A DNA stretch of 64,000 nt, taken from contig VAZG01000187.1 in the NCBI GenBank assembly GCA_005885285.1, forward strand, positions 2,282 through 66,281, read 5' to 3'. The position numbers were made by a program, and so were the translations under genes. The notes beneath the pieces are model-generated. The model did no database searches. It was not told the origin of the DNA and saw only the letters and a program-made list of their open reading frames with translations. Below are positions 19,824 through 28,628 of this stretch, piece by piece (within the stretch, counting starts at the first letter, position 1; each line of letters opens with the position of its first letter). Source of the DNA: Alphaproteobacteria bacterium (GTDB taxonomy: Bacteria > Pseudomonadota > Alphaproteobacteria > Rhizobiales > Xanthobacteraceae).

Positions 19824-21062
19824 CTAGTGCCCCCCAAATACCAACGCCTTCAGTGGCAAAATGATTGCCTGCAGACGAAGGACGAGCGCGTGAACGAGAG
19901 CCACTGTATCGACGATGTGCAGATAAAGTTTCTTCAGAAAACCGAGGTCTTTCGATTCAAGCTCATCGTGGTGATTGGAGTAGACGTTTGCTATGCAGCT
20001 ACTTCCCGGTGGGACGTCGTTCAATCCGCCGTCATAGAGCGGCTCCAAAAACGCCAATACTGTGCCGGGCGGGCCGATCTTTTGCATCTCAGTGAGCAGG
20101 TTTGATCCAGTAATCTGCCCGGCTGCGATCACACTCTGTACCTTGGTGACGACGAGAGGGATGATGGTCATCGGTTTGCTGATGCAAGTCGCCTCGGCTA
20201 CCATGCCGACCTCAAGCACCTGCGCCTCGATCTGATTGAAGCCAGCAAAAAGCCTATTCTCTCCCGCGCCCTCCGGGATGAGGATGCCCGCCGCCCTGGT
20301 GACCGGCGCCGGCTGGACGATATCTCCGACCCGTAACACGAACTGGTCGACCCGTCCGTCAACACCGGCATAAGTGGTCATCTTGTCCAGTTCGACCTGA
20401 GCTTCGGCAAGCCCCGCTTCCGCACTTGCTTTCTGCGCAGGCAAGACGGTCGTAATCTTGGTTTGCGCCGACTCCTTGGCGGCCGCCGCCGCGTCAACGG
20501 CCCCTTGCCGTGTCGCCACCAGCGTTTGAAGCTTCTCAATCTCACGCGCTGCAACAATATCCGCATTGCGCTGCTGCAACGTTGACTTGGTTCGCAGTTC
20601 ATCCTGCGCCTGTCCCAGGGATCCCTTAGCTTCCTGAAGCTTGCCCTCGCTGGTCAGGACGTCGGCTCTTGCCGTCGCCATCGACGCATCCACCTCGACG
20701 ACCTGAAGGCGAGCCCGCTCAAGCGAAGCTTCCTGTCTCGTGCTGTCCATCTTGAACAGCGGATCGCCCTTCTTCACTCTCTGATTGTAATCGACGTAGA
20801 CCTTGGTTACCCGACCACCGACCTCGGGAAAGAGCGAAATGGTCCGGAACAGAGACGTCACATTTGTCGACGACGGATGGTTGTAAAGCACCACCGTGAT
20901 AAGGAGGACGGTCAGTATCAGGCAAAGCGTGATGCCCCACCGAAGTTCGTACCAGACCGAGAACAACGTGATTTCGCGGCCGAGGCGTTTGCCCTGTACA
21001 AAGCGACGGAACAGGAAGTCGGGGACCAGCGTCAGCATGGAGCACAGCATGAGCTCAAGCAC
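19824..21062 (-). CDS. HlyD family membrane fusion protein (YibH-like)
   Basis: GTG start overlapping the upstream stop; PEVGGRVTKVYVDYNQRVKKGDPLF lipoyl-like motif and coiled coil. Confidence 0.85.
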   Translation of the reverse strand: MLELMLCSMLTLVPDFLFRRFVQGKRLGREITLFSVWYELRWGITLCLILTVLLITVVLYNHPSSTNVTSLFRTISLFPEVGGRVTKVYVDYNQRVKKGDPLFKMDSTRQEASLERARLQVVEVDASMATARADVLTSEGKLQEAKGSLGQAQDELRTKSTLQQRNADIVAAREIEKLQTLVATRQGAVDAAAAAKESAQTKITTVLPAQKASAEAGLAEAQVELDKMTTYAGVDGRVDQFVLRVGDIVQPAPVTRAAGILIPEGAGENRLFAGFNQIEAQVLEVGMVAEATCISKPMTIIPLVVTKVQSVIAAGQITGSNLLTEMQKIGPPGTVLAFLEPLYDGGLNDVPPGSSCIANVYSNHHDELESKDLGFLKKLYLHIVDTVALVHALVLRLQAIILPLKALVFGGH

Positions 21063-21501
21063 GAACGGCCTCCTTCCGCGAACGAGGTTGATCAGCAGTC
21101 GCGGCATCCGGCGAAGCGGGAGCTGGACGGTCTTCCGGTTTGTGACCGACTTCCTGCCCGGCCATGGTTTCCACCGACTTTGCAATGCGGGTTACCGGGG
21201 TCAGGAAGTCCGGAATATCAATGAAGGCAAGCACGATCGCTGCGAACCAGAAAAGGTGCTCATGCGTAAGGAGCGCGAGCAGGCAGAGCAAAGCGATAAG
21301 GTCGAGCAGAATCTTTTTCGACTTGTGCGCCATTCGTTCCGGCAGCGAGTGGATGGTAAGGAAAACCACTCCCGTAAGAATGATGCAGGCAACGACAAAC
21401 ACCAACGTAACATTGAAGAGCACGTCGGTTTCGCCGGGCGCCGTAATGAAGAACGGCAAATGCGTTGTCGCTATCGGATTAGGTGACGCTGACAAGGACA
21501 A
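21055..21501 (-). CDS. small membrane protein (YibI/DUF3302-like) coupled to HlyD
   Basis: TIHSLPERMAH motif; TM helices; translationally coupled to the HlyD gene. Confidence 0.6.
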   Translation of the reverse strand: MSLSASPNPIATTHLPFFITAPGETDVLFNVTLVFVVACIILTGVVFLTIHSLPERMAHKSKKILLDLIALLCLLALLTHEHLFWFAAIVLAFIDIPDFLTPVTRIAKSVETMAGQEVGHKPEDRPAPASPDAATADQPRSRKEAVRA

Positions 21502-21565
21502 TCTCCTTATTTTGCGAGGCGGCGCCGCGGCCTCCCAGCCTGGGCTGCTTGCGAAGCAGCTTCGG

Positions 21566-21979
21566 TCAAATCGGACAGCGGTAGTAGCCGATCTCCATAT
21601 CCATGATGCCTGGAAACACCCGCGATATCTTGTTCGGCTCGAGCACCTTGAGACTGAACTGGACGTTCGAGAGCATGATGTCGGTCGCGCATCCCGCGAT
21701 GATATTCACGGTCTGACCATCCTCTTTCCTGCTCTTGATCTTGCAACTGGCAAATTTGCCTCTGAGTCGATCGGCCTCCACAATGAAGCCGCCGCCGTAC
21801 TGCTCGGACATTGCGGTAAACCCAATTTGGTTTGCTCGGCCTTTCCTGGTGAAGACCTGGCTGCATTGATCCGCATTCGTCGCCCATGCTCCGGAGAGGT
21901 CCACGGCATGCGCCTTTTCAACAACCATCAAGCCCGTCAATGTCGTGGCAGCGATGGCGAACTTGAGTAGCCGCTCCAC
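21566..21979 (-). CDS. secreted hypothetical protein
   Basis: GTG start with RBS; signal peptide (AHA); DLSGAWATNADQC; four Cys. Confidence 0.65.
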   Translation of the reverse strand: MERLLKFAIAATTLTGLMVVEKAHAVDLSGAWATNADQCSQVFTRKGRANQIGFTAMSEQYGGGFIVEADRLRGKFASCKIKSRKEDGQTVNIIAGCATDIMLSNVQFSLKVLEPNKISRVFPGIMDMEIGYYRCPI

Positions 21980-22066
21980 ACCCTCTCTCCATGCGTTGCT
22001 TTCAGCCGAAGCCTGACGGCCCACGCTGTTGCAAGCAGAACGAAACAAGAAATGCGATCCGAACGC

Positions 22067-22080
22067 TTGATCTAGATCAA
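22067..22080. promoter_or_regulatory. FixK/FNR box
   Basis: TTGATCTAGATCAA, fully palindromic, 65 bp upstream of the hypothetical-ppk2 pair. Confidence 0.8.
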
Positions 22081-22144
22081 AGGAGCGGCCTCACGCGGGC
22101 CCTAACCGGCAATCCAGGTGGGACGGTCATCAGGAGGATCAGCC

Positions 22145-22600
22145 ATGCCCGAAAAAATCGACGATCTGATACCCACGGCAAAGGAAGTCCAAGTACAAGC
22201 CGCCCTGAAGGAAGCCGAAAAGGCTGATCAGGATGCCCGCAGGCTCGTGGCTGCCGAGGCAGAAAAGCGCGCCTTGATCGACAAGCTTCGCGAGCCTTCG
22301 GGTTTGACCGAAGATGAAAAGGTCAAGCTTGCAGCGACCGTCATCCAGCGGGCAGTGCGGAACGGCCTTACCGAGGTTCAGGTCTACCGATTTCCCAACT
22401 CACTGTGCACCGACAAGGGCCGGGCTATCAACCAGCAGGAACGGGGGTGGGAAAAGACGCTTACGGGAATGGCTCAGGAAATCTATCAGCTCTGGTTCGA
22501 TTACCTGAAGCCGCGTGGCTACCGAATCCAATATCAGATCGTGGATTTTCCAGGAGGCATTCCGGGAGACATCAGCATTGTCATAGCCTGGGGCGACTAG
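22145..22600 (+). CDS. conserved hypothetical protein upstream of ppk2
   Basis: RBS AGGAGG; RFPNSLCTDKGRAINQ..W..TLTG..FPGGIPGDIS. Confidence 0.75.
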   Translation: MPEKIDDLIPTAKEVQVQAALKEAEKADQDARRLVAAEAEKRALIDKLREPSGLTEDEKVKLAATVIQRAVRNGLTEVQVYRFPNSLCTDKGRAINQQERGWEKTLTGMAQEIYQLWFDYLKPRGYRIQYQIVDFPGGIPGDISIVIAWGD

Positions 22601-22638
22601 TTGCCATTCAGATGCGCTAAGGGCTGAGGAGCGACGCC

Positions 22639-23442
22639 ATGGCCAGAAACGGACACGCCTCGTCCAAAATGAAGCGGAAGGATTACGAGAAGGAGCTGCG
22701 CAAGCTCCAGGTTCAGTTGTGCCACCTCCAGGAATGGGTGAAGGAGAAGAAGCTGCGGGCTATCATCTTGTTCGAAGGCAGGGATGCCGCCGGCAAGGGC
22801 GGCACGATCAAGGCGATCAGCGAAAAGGTAAGCCCCCGCGTATTTCGGGTCGTCGCGCTTCCCGCTCCCTCAGAGCGGGAAAAGAGCCAGATGTTTCTTC
22901 AACGCTACATGCAGCATTTTCCAGCCGGAGGTGAGATCGTCATCTTTGACCGCAGCTGGTATAATCGCGCCGGCGTCGAATATGTCATGGGCTTTTGTGC
23001 ACCCGAGGAGCATGAACGGTTTCTAGCCCTGTGCCCGCAAATTGAGAAATATATCGTCGACGCCGGCATCATCCTGATCAAGCTTTGGCTTGAGGTCGGA
23101 ATGGATGAGCAGGAGCAGCGGTTCAGGGCCAGAATTGACGACCCGCTCCGGCAATGGAAATTGAGCCCGATGGATACCGAATCCTATCGGCGCTGGTATG
23201 AATATTCGCGCGCGAGGGACCTGATGTTCAAGGCAACACATTCAAGACACGCGCCCTGGCACCTCATCCGCTCCGACGACAAGCGTCGTGCGCGGCTGAA
23301 CTGCATTGCGCATGTGTTGGAGTCAATTCCGTTCAAGCGCATATCGCGTGATCCCGTCCGGTTGCCAAAACGCTCCAATAAGGGACGCTATGATGACCAA
23401 GCCTCGCTGCGAGGAATGGAATTCATCGCCGGGCGTTATTGA
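22639..23442 (+). CDS. ppk2: polyphosphate kinase 2
   Basis: FEGRDAAGKGG Walker A, FDRSWYNR, DDKRRARLN. Confidence 0.95.
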   Translation: MARNGHASSKMKRKDYEKELRKLQVQLCHLQEWVKEKKLRAIILFEGRDAAGKGGTIKAISEKVSPRVFRVVALPAPSEREKSQMFLQRYMQHFPAGGEIVIFDRSWYNRAGVEYVMGFCAPEEHERFLALCPQIEKYIVDAGIILIKLWLEVGMDEQEQRFRARIDDPLRQWKLSPMDTESYRRWYEYSRARDLMFKATHSRHAPWHLIRSDDKRRARLNCIAHVLESIPFKRISRDPVRLPKRSNKGRYDDQASLRGMEFIAGRY

Positions 23443-23519
23443 GAAGCCGAACCGACGCATCTATTATCGACGGCATGGCGCTCATTCGGCAAGTTGCCTT
23501 TAGTTTCACTATCGCGCAC

Positions 23520-23957
23520 TTACTCCAGCGCGATTTCGACCCTGCTCACCGCGGCCGATAGTTCCACGCCGACCTTAGCCCCGTGTAGCTGGAGGATCAC
23601 GCCCTTGTTGTTTCGCAGCTGGACGCCACCCGCGCCGCCCGCGAGTGCGCCGCCGGCACCGATCGCACTGTAAGTGCCTGCGATGTCGTCCGGGCTGCGG
23701 ATGTTCAACGCCCGGCCCGCCAATTGGTTGGTCGATGTTCCAATCGTGGCCCCGAAACTCAGGCCGGAAACGCGAAAAGGATAATTGTGCCCGCGGAACG
23801 TCAGGACACCGCGACCACTGCCGACACCTAGGACGAATCCTGCCTTCTTGAAGTCGACGCGAACGGCACCAGTCTCCGCTCGCGAGGCCGTAGCGAGACT
23901 CGACGCGAGCAGTGCTGCCAGAGCCAGTTGAATAATCGATGTTGAGTGCTGTCTCAT
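23520..23957 (-). CDS. secreted beta-rich protein, paralog of 18197-18628
   Basis: GRGVLTFRGHNYPFRVSGLS..GGVQLRNNKGVIL. Confidence 0.65.
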   Translation of the reverse strand: MRQHSTSIIQLALAALLASSLATASRAETGAVRVDFKKAGFVLGVGSGRGVLTFRGHNYPFRVSGLSFGATIGTSTNQLAGRALNIRSPDDIAGTYSAIGAGGALAGGAGGVQLRNNKGVILQLHGAKVGVELSAAVSRVEIALE

Positions 23958-24034
23958 ATCCTTACCCGCTCTCTTGTCTCGTGTGCGCTGGCGTCAACCC
24001 TATAATGCCATGAGGCTGTGGTCGAAGCTCTCCA

Positions 24035-24048
24035 TTGATCCAGATCAA
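24035..24048. promoter_or_regulatory. FixK/FNR box
   Basis: TTGAT-CCAG-ATCAA, perfect, between divergent genes. Confidence 0.75.
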
Positions 24049-24125
24049 TGCTCCGCGCTGTCGTCGGGAAAGCCTTTCCCTTCCCGGCTGCCACAGCATC
24101 TGCGACAAGATATCGGACCGACGAA

Positions 24126-24445
24126 ATGCGACGACGTCTGCTGCGTGTTCTCATCTTCTACATGGTTATTATGCTGGTGTTGATCGCTGCGGCCCTCGCT
24201 GACGACCAACCCGCAGATCGTGCCATCCAGGAGGAGGTGTGGGCGATTCCGCTCACGATGCCCACGATCGCTTACGTAGTTCGTCCGATTGGCAACTGTC
24301 CGTTTCGGCTTGAGGTCATGAACCATGGTGTTTTGCTCAACCAGCCAGAGCGCAGCTTCTTTCCGATCGTTGAATTCAGAGATGCCGCGATGTGGTTCGC
24401 GCGGACGGACTAAATGGTCGCTGCGCCGACGGGCTCGGGATACGC
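24126..24445 (+). pseudogene. truncated secreted alpha/beta hydrolase (dienelactone hydrolase-like)
   Basis: VRPIGNCPFRLEVMNHG..FRDAAMWFAR, premature stop, then MVAAPTGSGY; the catalytic core is absent. Confidence 0.6.
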
Positions 24446-24503
24446 AGATCTTTGAACAGACAATCGAGGATTGACCCGAGAAGCGTAACGAAACTGGGAA
24501 CAG

Positions 24504-24878
24504 CTAAGCGAGGCCGGCTAATGCCTTCTCAATCGGGTCGATCAGCGATTTCGCGGAGAATGGCTTGGTGAGGAAGGCAATACATCCTGATTTCATCGCG
24601 GCCATGCGAACGGCAAGGTTGTCGTTAGCGGTGATGTAAATAACCGGAACAGAAATTCCAGCGGCTTTAAGGCGGTGCCTCACCTCGATGCCGGACGCAT
24701 CGTTCAAGTCAATGTCCAGAATGACGCAAAGCGCCTGATCGAAATCGCCGTGAGTTTGAAATGCCTCCGCAGACTGGAACAGCACGGTGTCGTAGCCATG
24801 TTCCCCCAATAACCTTTTCACGCCCCTCAGCGTGCCCAGGTCATCATCCACGACAAATACGGCTTTTCGGTTCGGCAC
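24504..24878 (-). CDS. single-domain response regulator
   Basis: VVDDD, LDIDL, YITA and KPF receiver motifs. Confidence 0.9.
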   Translation of the reverse strand: MPNRKAVFVVDDDLGTLRGVKRLLGEHGYDTVLFQSAEAFQTHGDFDQALCVILDIDLNDASGIEVRHRLKAAGISVPVIYITANDNLAVRMAAMKSGCIAFLTKPFSAKSLIDPIEKALAGLA

Positions 24879-25036
24879 GACCGGTAACCCTTAGTCCGTT
24901 TATCCGGGGCTAATTAGCGATACGGCTCAAGAACACGTTGCCATTATAACTCGCTCGGCCGATGAAGCTCAGATAACCAAAGACATCCGTGTTTGTTGGA
25001 ATCACATCGGTTAAATTCGATACGCTGCGCGCATCG

Positions 25037-25070
25037 GCTTTCCTATTGTCCCATGGGACAATAGGAAAGC
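25037..25070. repeat. perfect 34-bp palindrome containing a 7-2-7 motif
   Basis: GCTTTCCTATTGTCCCA|TGGGACAATAGGAAAGC. Confidence 0.9.
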
Positions 25071-25090
25071 AAGAGCTGTTGATAGATTGC

Positions 25091-25729
25091 TCAGCTCGTC
25101 TGTCGGCTACCTGACACACTGTCCAGGACGCCCGCTCGTTCGGCCAGGGAGACAAGTTCGGCGAGCGATTGGACTTGCATCTTCTCCATAACCCTGTGGC
25201 GATGAGCCTTGATTGTGCGTTCGGTCGCGCCCAGTGCGTTAGCGACCTCCTTGTTGGTCTTGCCGCGAATGACAAGTTCGAAGACCTCATGCTCGCGCGG
25301 CGTCAATGCAGCGATATGAGCGCGAATGGTGTCGAGCTCCATCCTTATGCTACGTGTCGCTTCATGACGCGAGATTGCTCGCTGAATGCTGCGAAGCAGT
25401 TGATCAGGCTTAACCGGCTTTGTCAGGAAATCATCCGCGCCCGCCTTGATCGCCTGGACCGTAGTCGGAACATCGGTATAACCTGTCAGAAACACGATTG
25501 GCAGCGTCGAGCCGAGTTCGCCGAGGCGGCTTTGCAGCTCCGGACCGCTCAAACCAGGTATCCGCACATCAAGAAGCAGACAGCCTGGACCGCTCTCATT
25601 GGGCAAGCGATCCAGCAAATGCTGGGCCGAAGGATATGTTGCGACTTCGTAGCCAGCCTTCTTCAAGCGGCGTTCGATGGCCGTCCGGAACGAAGCATCA
25701 TCATCGACAATATGCACGATGCCCAGCAT
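25091..25729 (-). CDS. FixJ/NodW-type response regulator (REC + LuxR HTH)
   Basis: HIVDDD, LLLDVRIPG, LTPREHEVF..TIKAHRHRVMEKM. Confidence 0.92.
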   Translation of the reverse strand: MLGIVHIVDDDASFRTAIERRLKKAGYEVATYPSAQHLLDRLPNESGPGCLLLDVRIPGLSGPELQSRLGELGSTLPIVFLTGYTDVPTTVQAIKAGADDFLTKPVKPDQLLRSIQRAISRHEATRSIRMELDTIRAHIAALTPREHEVFELVIRGKTNKEVANALGATERTIKAHRHRVMEKMQVQSLAELVSLAERAGVLDSVSGSRQTS

Positions 25730-26175
25730 AACGTATCTCCCAAGGCAGCTTTGATCGCGTGAAACCGATCTGATCTTCCATCGCAAGGACAATGCGAACT
25801 TCCGGCCACAACCACAGCACGAGTTCGAGATTCCCCATGGCGACGACAACCGCAATGCCAATCGACCTGTCATGATATCTCTTCTTCGGATGCCGCCGCA
25901 GGCTTTGCTCGTGGGCCGCACTGTTGAAACGACTCAAATCGAGATGTTCCGCGTCAAGCGTGGTGTCCGACCCACCGTCGGCGTTCGCCGTTGCACGCGG
26001 GCCGAACAAAACCCGAGAACAAGACGACTCCAGCGGGAACGAAGTCGGGCGGAGAAGGAGGTCAGCGACGATGACAATCATGCTACGCGCACTCAACGCA
26101 CTCGAACGTCCGATTGTGTCGATGAGAGTATGGACCCAACGCGGAGCGCACAACCCGCGAAAAATTGCCGCGCAT

Positions 26176-26235
26176 GCAAAAATGCCCCCAAGGACAATGC
26201 CCTTCCGGACAATGACCCTTAGGACAATGGCCCTC
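26176..26235. repeat. 15-bp tandem repeats (about 4 copies, core GGACAATG.CCC)
   Basis: gcaaaaatgccccca/aggacaatgcccttc/cggacaatgaccctt/aggacaatggccctc. Confidence 0.8.
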
Positions 26236-26370
26236 AAGCCAATAGTCGACTGCACGGGCTGCGTCGTAAACCATTCCCGACAGAGTGAGATATCGGCGCC
26301 GGAGTTCCGAACCCCTTACATTTCAATCCCTTACGGAACGAACGGATTGCGTAGACAGGGGGAGATATCC

Positions 26371-27042
26371 ATGCTTGTCAACATCAACGCTGTTTCAGCC
26401 AAGAGACAAAATGCTCTCGGTGAGCTTGGAGAGCTTTCCCGCTCACGGATCTTTTTAAGCGAATTCAAATATAATAGGGGCGCTGAGATCTACGGAGAAA
26501 CGGAGACCGCGGACTACATCTACCAGGTGCTGGAGGGTGCGGTCCGGAGTTATAAGCTTCTGTTCGACGGCCGCCGCCAAATCGGGGCCTTCCACCTGGT
26601 TGGCGACATCTTTGGGTTGGAAAATGGCGCCGCCCACCGTTTTACCGCAGAGGCAATTGTCGACACGACCGTGCGCCTGATGAAGCGGCGCAGTCTCGAA
26701 CACGTGGCGGAAACCGACGTGGTCGTAGCACTTGACCTCTTGATCATGACGACCGGCAACCTTCAGCACGCTGAGGATCACATGCTGCTGCTGGGACGCA
26801 AGACATCCCTTGAGCGCGTTGCCGCATTCCTTTTGGAGATGGATCGGCGCTTGACCGCCAAGAGCGTGATGGCCCTTCCGATGTCTCGTCGCGATATCGC
26901 TGACTATCTCGGCCTTACCCTCGAAACTGTATCGCGCGCGCTGTCATATCTTCACGCCAAAGGGATCCTTGGTTTCCTGGGGCCAACCCAACGTCAGATC
27001 GTTTTGTTGGACCGTCTCCGATTGGCCGAGCTCGATCTTTGA
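26371..27042 (+). CDS. fixK: FixK-like Crp/Fnr transcription regulator
   Basis: GRRQIGAFHLVGDIFGLE; HTH SRRDIADYLGLTLETVSR; lacks the N-terminal FNR Cys cluster. Confidence 0.85.
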   Translation: MLVNINAVSAKRQNALGELGELSRSRIFLSEFKYNRGAEIYGETETADYIYQVLEGAVRSYKLLFDGRRQIGAFHLVGDIFGLENGAAHRFTAEAIVDTTVRLMKRRSLEHVAETDVVVALDLLIMTTGNLQHAEDHMLLLGRKTSLERVAAFLLEMDRRLTAKSVMALPMSRRDIADYLGLTLETVSRALSYLHAKGILGFLGPTQRQIVLLDRLRLAELDL

Positions 27043-27097
27043 CCGCTGCGATAACACGCGAACGTGCTGTGAAACTCCATCACGCCAATGCGGCACC

Positions 27098-27111
27098 TTG
27101 ATACAGATCAA
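27098..27111. promoter_or_regulatory. FixK/FNR box
   Basis: TTGAT-ACAG-ATCAA, perfect, upstream of the CoA transferase. Confidence 0.78.
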
Positions 27112-27187
27112 GGCTCCGGCTTTCGCGGGCTTCATTCTCCCCGATAAACGTCCAGCCTGCGGTCCGCAGCGTACCGGAGTTCACAGG

Positions 27188-27835
27188 ATGAAAGCCGTTT
27201 CCGCGGAGGAAGCTGTTGCCCTGATCCCGAACGGCGCGACCGTCATGGTCGGCGGCTTCATGGGAGTCGGGACGCCGGAACGCCTTCTCGACGAACTGGT
27301 CCGGCAAAGGAAATCCGAGCTCACCATCATCAGCAATGACGCAGCGGTCCCCGGCCAAGGCGTCGGGAAATTGTTCGACGCAGCGCTCGTCGCGGCGCTC
27401 ACGGCGAGCCACATCGGGCTCAATCCGAACGTACAAAAGCAGATGATGGCCAATAAAGTCGCGGTCGACTTGGTACCTCAGGGCACATTGGTCGAGCGTA
27501 TTCGGGCTGGCGGCTGCGGCCTGGGAGGTGTGCTGACGCCGACAGGCGTCGGGACCATGGTCGAGGAAGGCAAGCGAAGGATCGAACTCGACGGCAAGAG
27601 CTTTTTGCTGGAGACGGCGCTTCGCTCGGATTTCGCTCTGATCCATGCATTCCTGGCAGACTACCTCGGCAATCTCACCTACGCGCTGACGGCGCGCAAC
27701 TTTAATCCCGTCATGGCAATGGCGGCCGATACCGTCATCGTCACCGCGGAGCACATTGTTCCGGTCGGCGTCATCGCGCCCGACCATGTTGTAACGCCTG
27801 CGCCGCTCGTCGATTATCTCATCGCCAACGGGTGA
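27188..27835 (+). CDS. 3-oxoacid/acetate CoA-transferase subunit A (AtoD/ScoA family)
   Basis: MVGGFMGVG, PQGTLVERIRAGGCG. Confidence 0.9.
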   Translation: MKAVSAEEAVALIPNGATVMVGGFMGVGTPERLLDELVRQRKSELTIISNDAAVPGQGVGKLFDAALVAALTASHIGLNPNVQKQMMANKVAVDLVPQGTLVERIRAGGCGLGGVLTPTGVGTMVEEGKRRIELDGKSFLLETALRSDFALIHAFLADYLGNLTYALTARNFNPVMAMAADTVIVTAEHIVPVGVIAPDHVVTPAPLVDYLIANG

Positions 27836-27838
27836 AGC

Positions 27839-28489
27839 ATGGATGCTCAATCTCTTATCGCGCGACGAGTAGCGCTTGAGCTTCGATCAGGTGACTTGGT
27901 CAACCTCGGCATTGGCATTCCGACCCTGGTTGCCAACTACGTTCCACCGAGCCTCAAAGTATTCTTCCAGTCGGAGAATGGATTGATCGGCACGGGACCA
28001 ATTCCCGAGCAGGGCATGGCCCATCCATTGCTCACGGACGCCGGCGGCCGGCCGATCAGCGCACTGCCCGGTGCATGCACCTTCGACAGCGCGATGTCGT
28101 TCGGGTTGATCCGCGGCGGGCATGTGAATGTGACCGTTCTTGGCGGTCTTCAGGTCGACGCCGAAGGACACCTTGCGAACTGGATGATCCCCGGCAAGAT
28201 GGTGCCGGGGATGGGCGGCGCGATGGACCTGGTGAGCGGTGCGAAGCGAGTCATCGTCGCCATGCAACATGCCGCGAAAGGGAAATCGAAAATCGTCCAG
28301 AAGTGCGCCCTGCCCCTGACCTCTTCCCGGCCGGTCGATCTGGTCGTCACGGAAATGGCCGTGATCGGTTTTTCGGGCGGAAAGATGACGCTGCAGGAGA
28401 CCGCCCCTGGCGTGACTGTCGCCGAGGTCATGGCGGTGACGGAGGCGGATTTGTTCATCCCAGCCAGTGTTCCGGAAATGAAGCTCTGA
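27839..28489 (+). CDS. 3-oxoacid/acetate CoA-transferase subunit B (AtoA/ScoB family)
   Basis: NLGIGIPT, catalytic SENG, PGMGGAMDL. Confidence 0.92.
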   Translation: MDAQSLIARRVALELRSGDLVNLGIGIPTLVANYVPPSLKVFFQSENGLIGTGPIPEQGMAHPLLTDAGGRPISALPGACTFDSAMSFGLIRGGHVNVTVLGGLQVDAEGHLANWMIPGKMVPGMGGAMDLVSGAKRVIVAMQHAAKGKSKIVQKCALPLTSSRPVDLVVTEMAVIGFSGGKMTLQETAPGVTVAEVMAVTEADLFIPASVPEMKL

Positions 28490-28628
28490 CCAGAAAGGGT
28501 GCATGCTCGGGGATCCGACGTGCGTATCTTCAGCGAATTCATCCGCGCACCCATTTTCGGGCAAGAATTGATTTCGTTTGCAAAGTGGCAAAACGTGCGA
28601 GATTGCCCTTTTGGGCCGAGCCGTTCTC

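Noticed and set aside
26176-26235. CRISPR array
   Set aside because: 15-bp contiguous imperfect repeats with no spacers and no cas genes; no CRISPR array seen anywhere in the window.
25924-26370. N-terminal 149 aa of the 372-aa fixK ORF
   Set aside because: Low-complexity intergenic read-through that includes the tandem repeats; the RBS (GGGGAG) supports the start at 26371.
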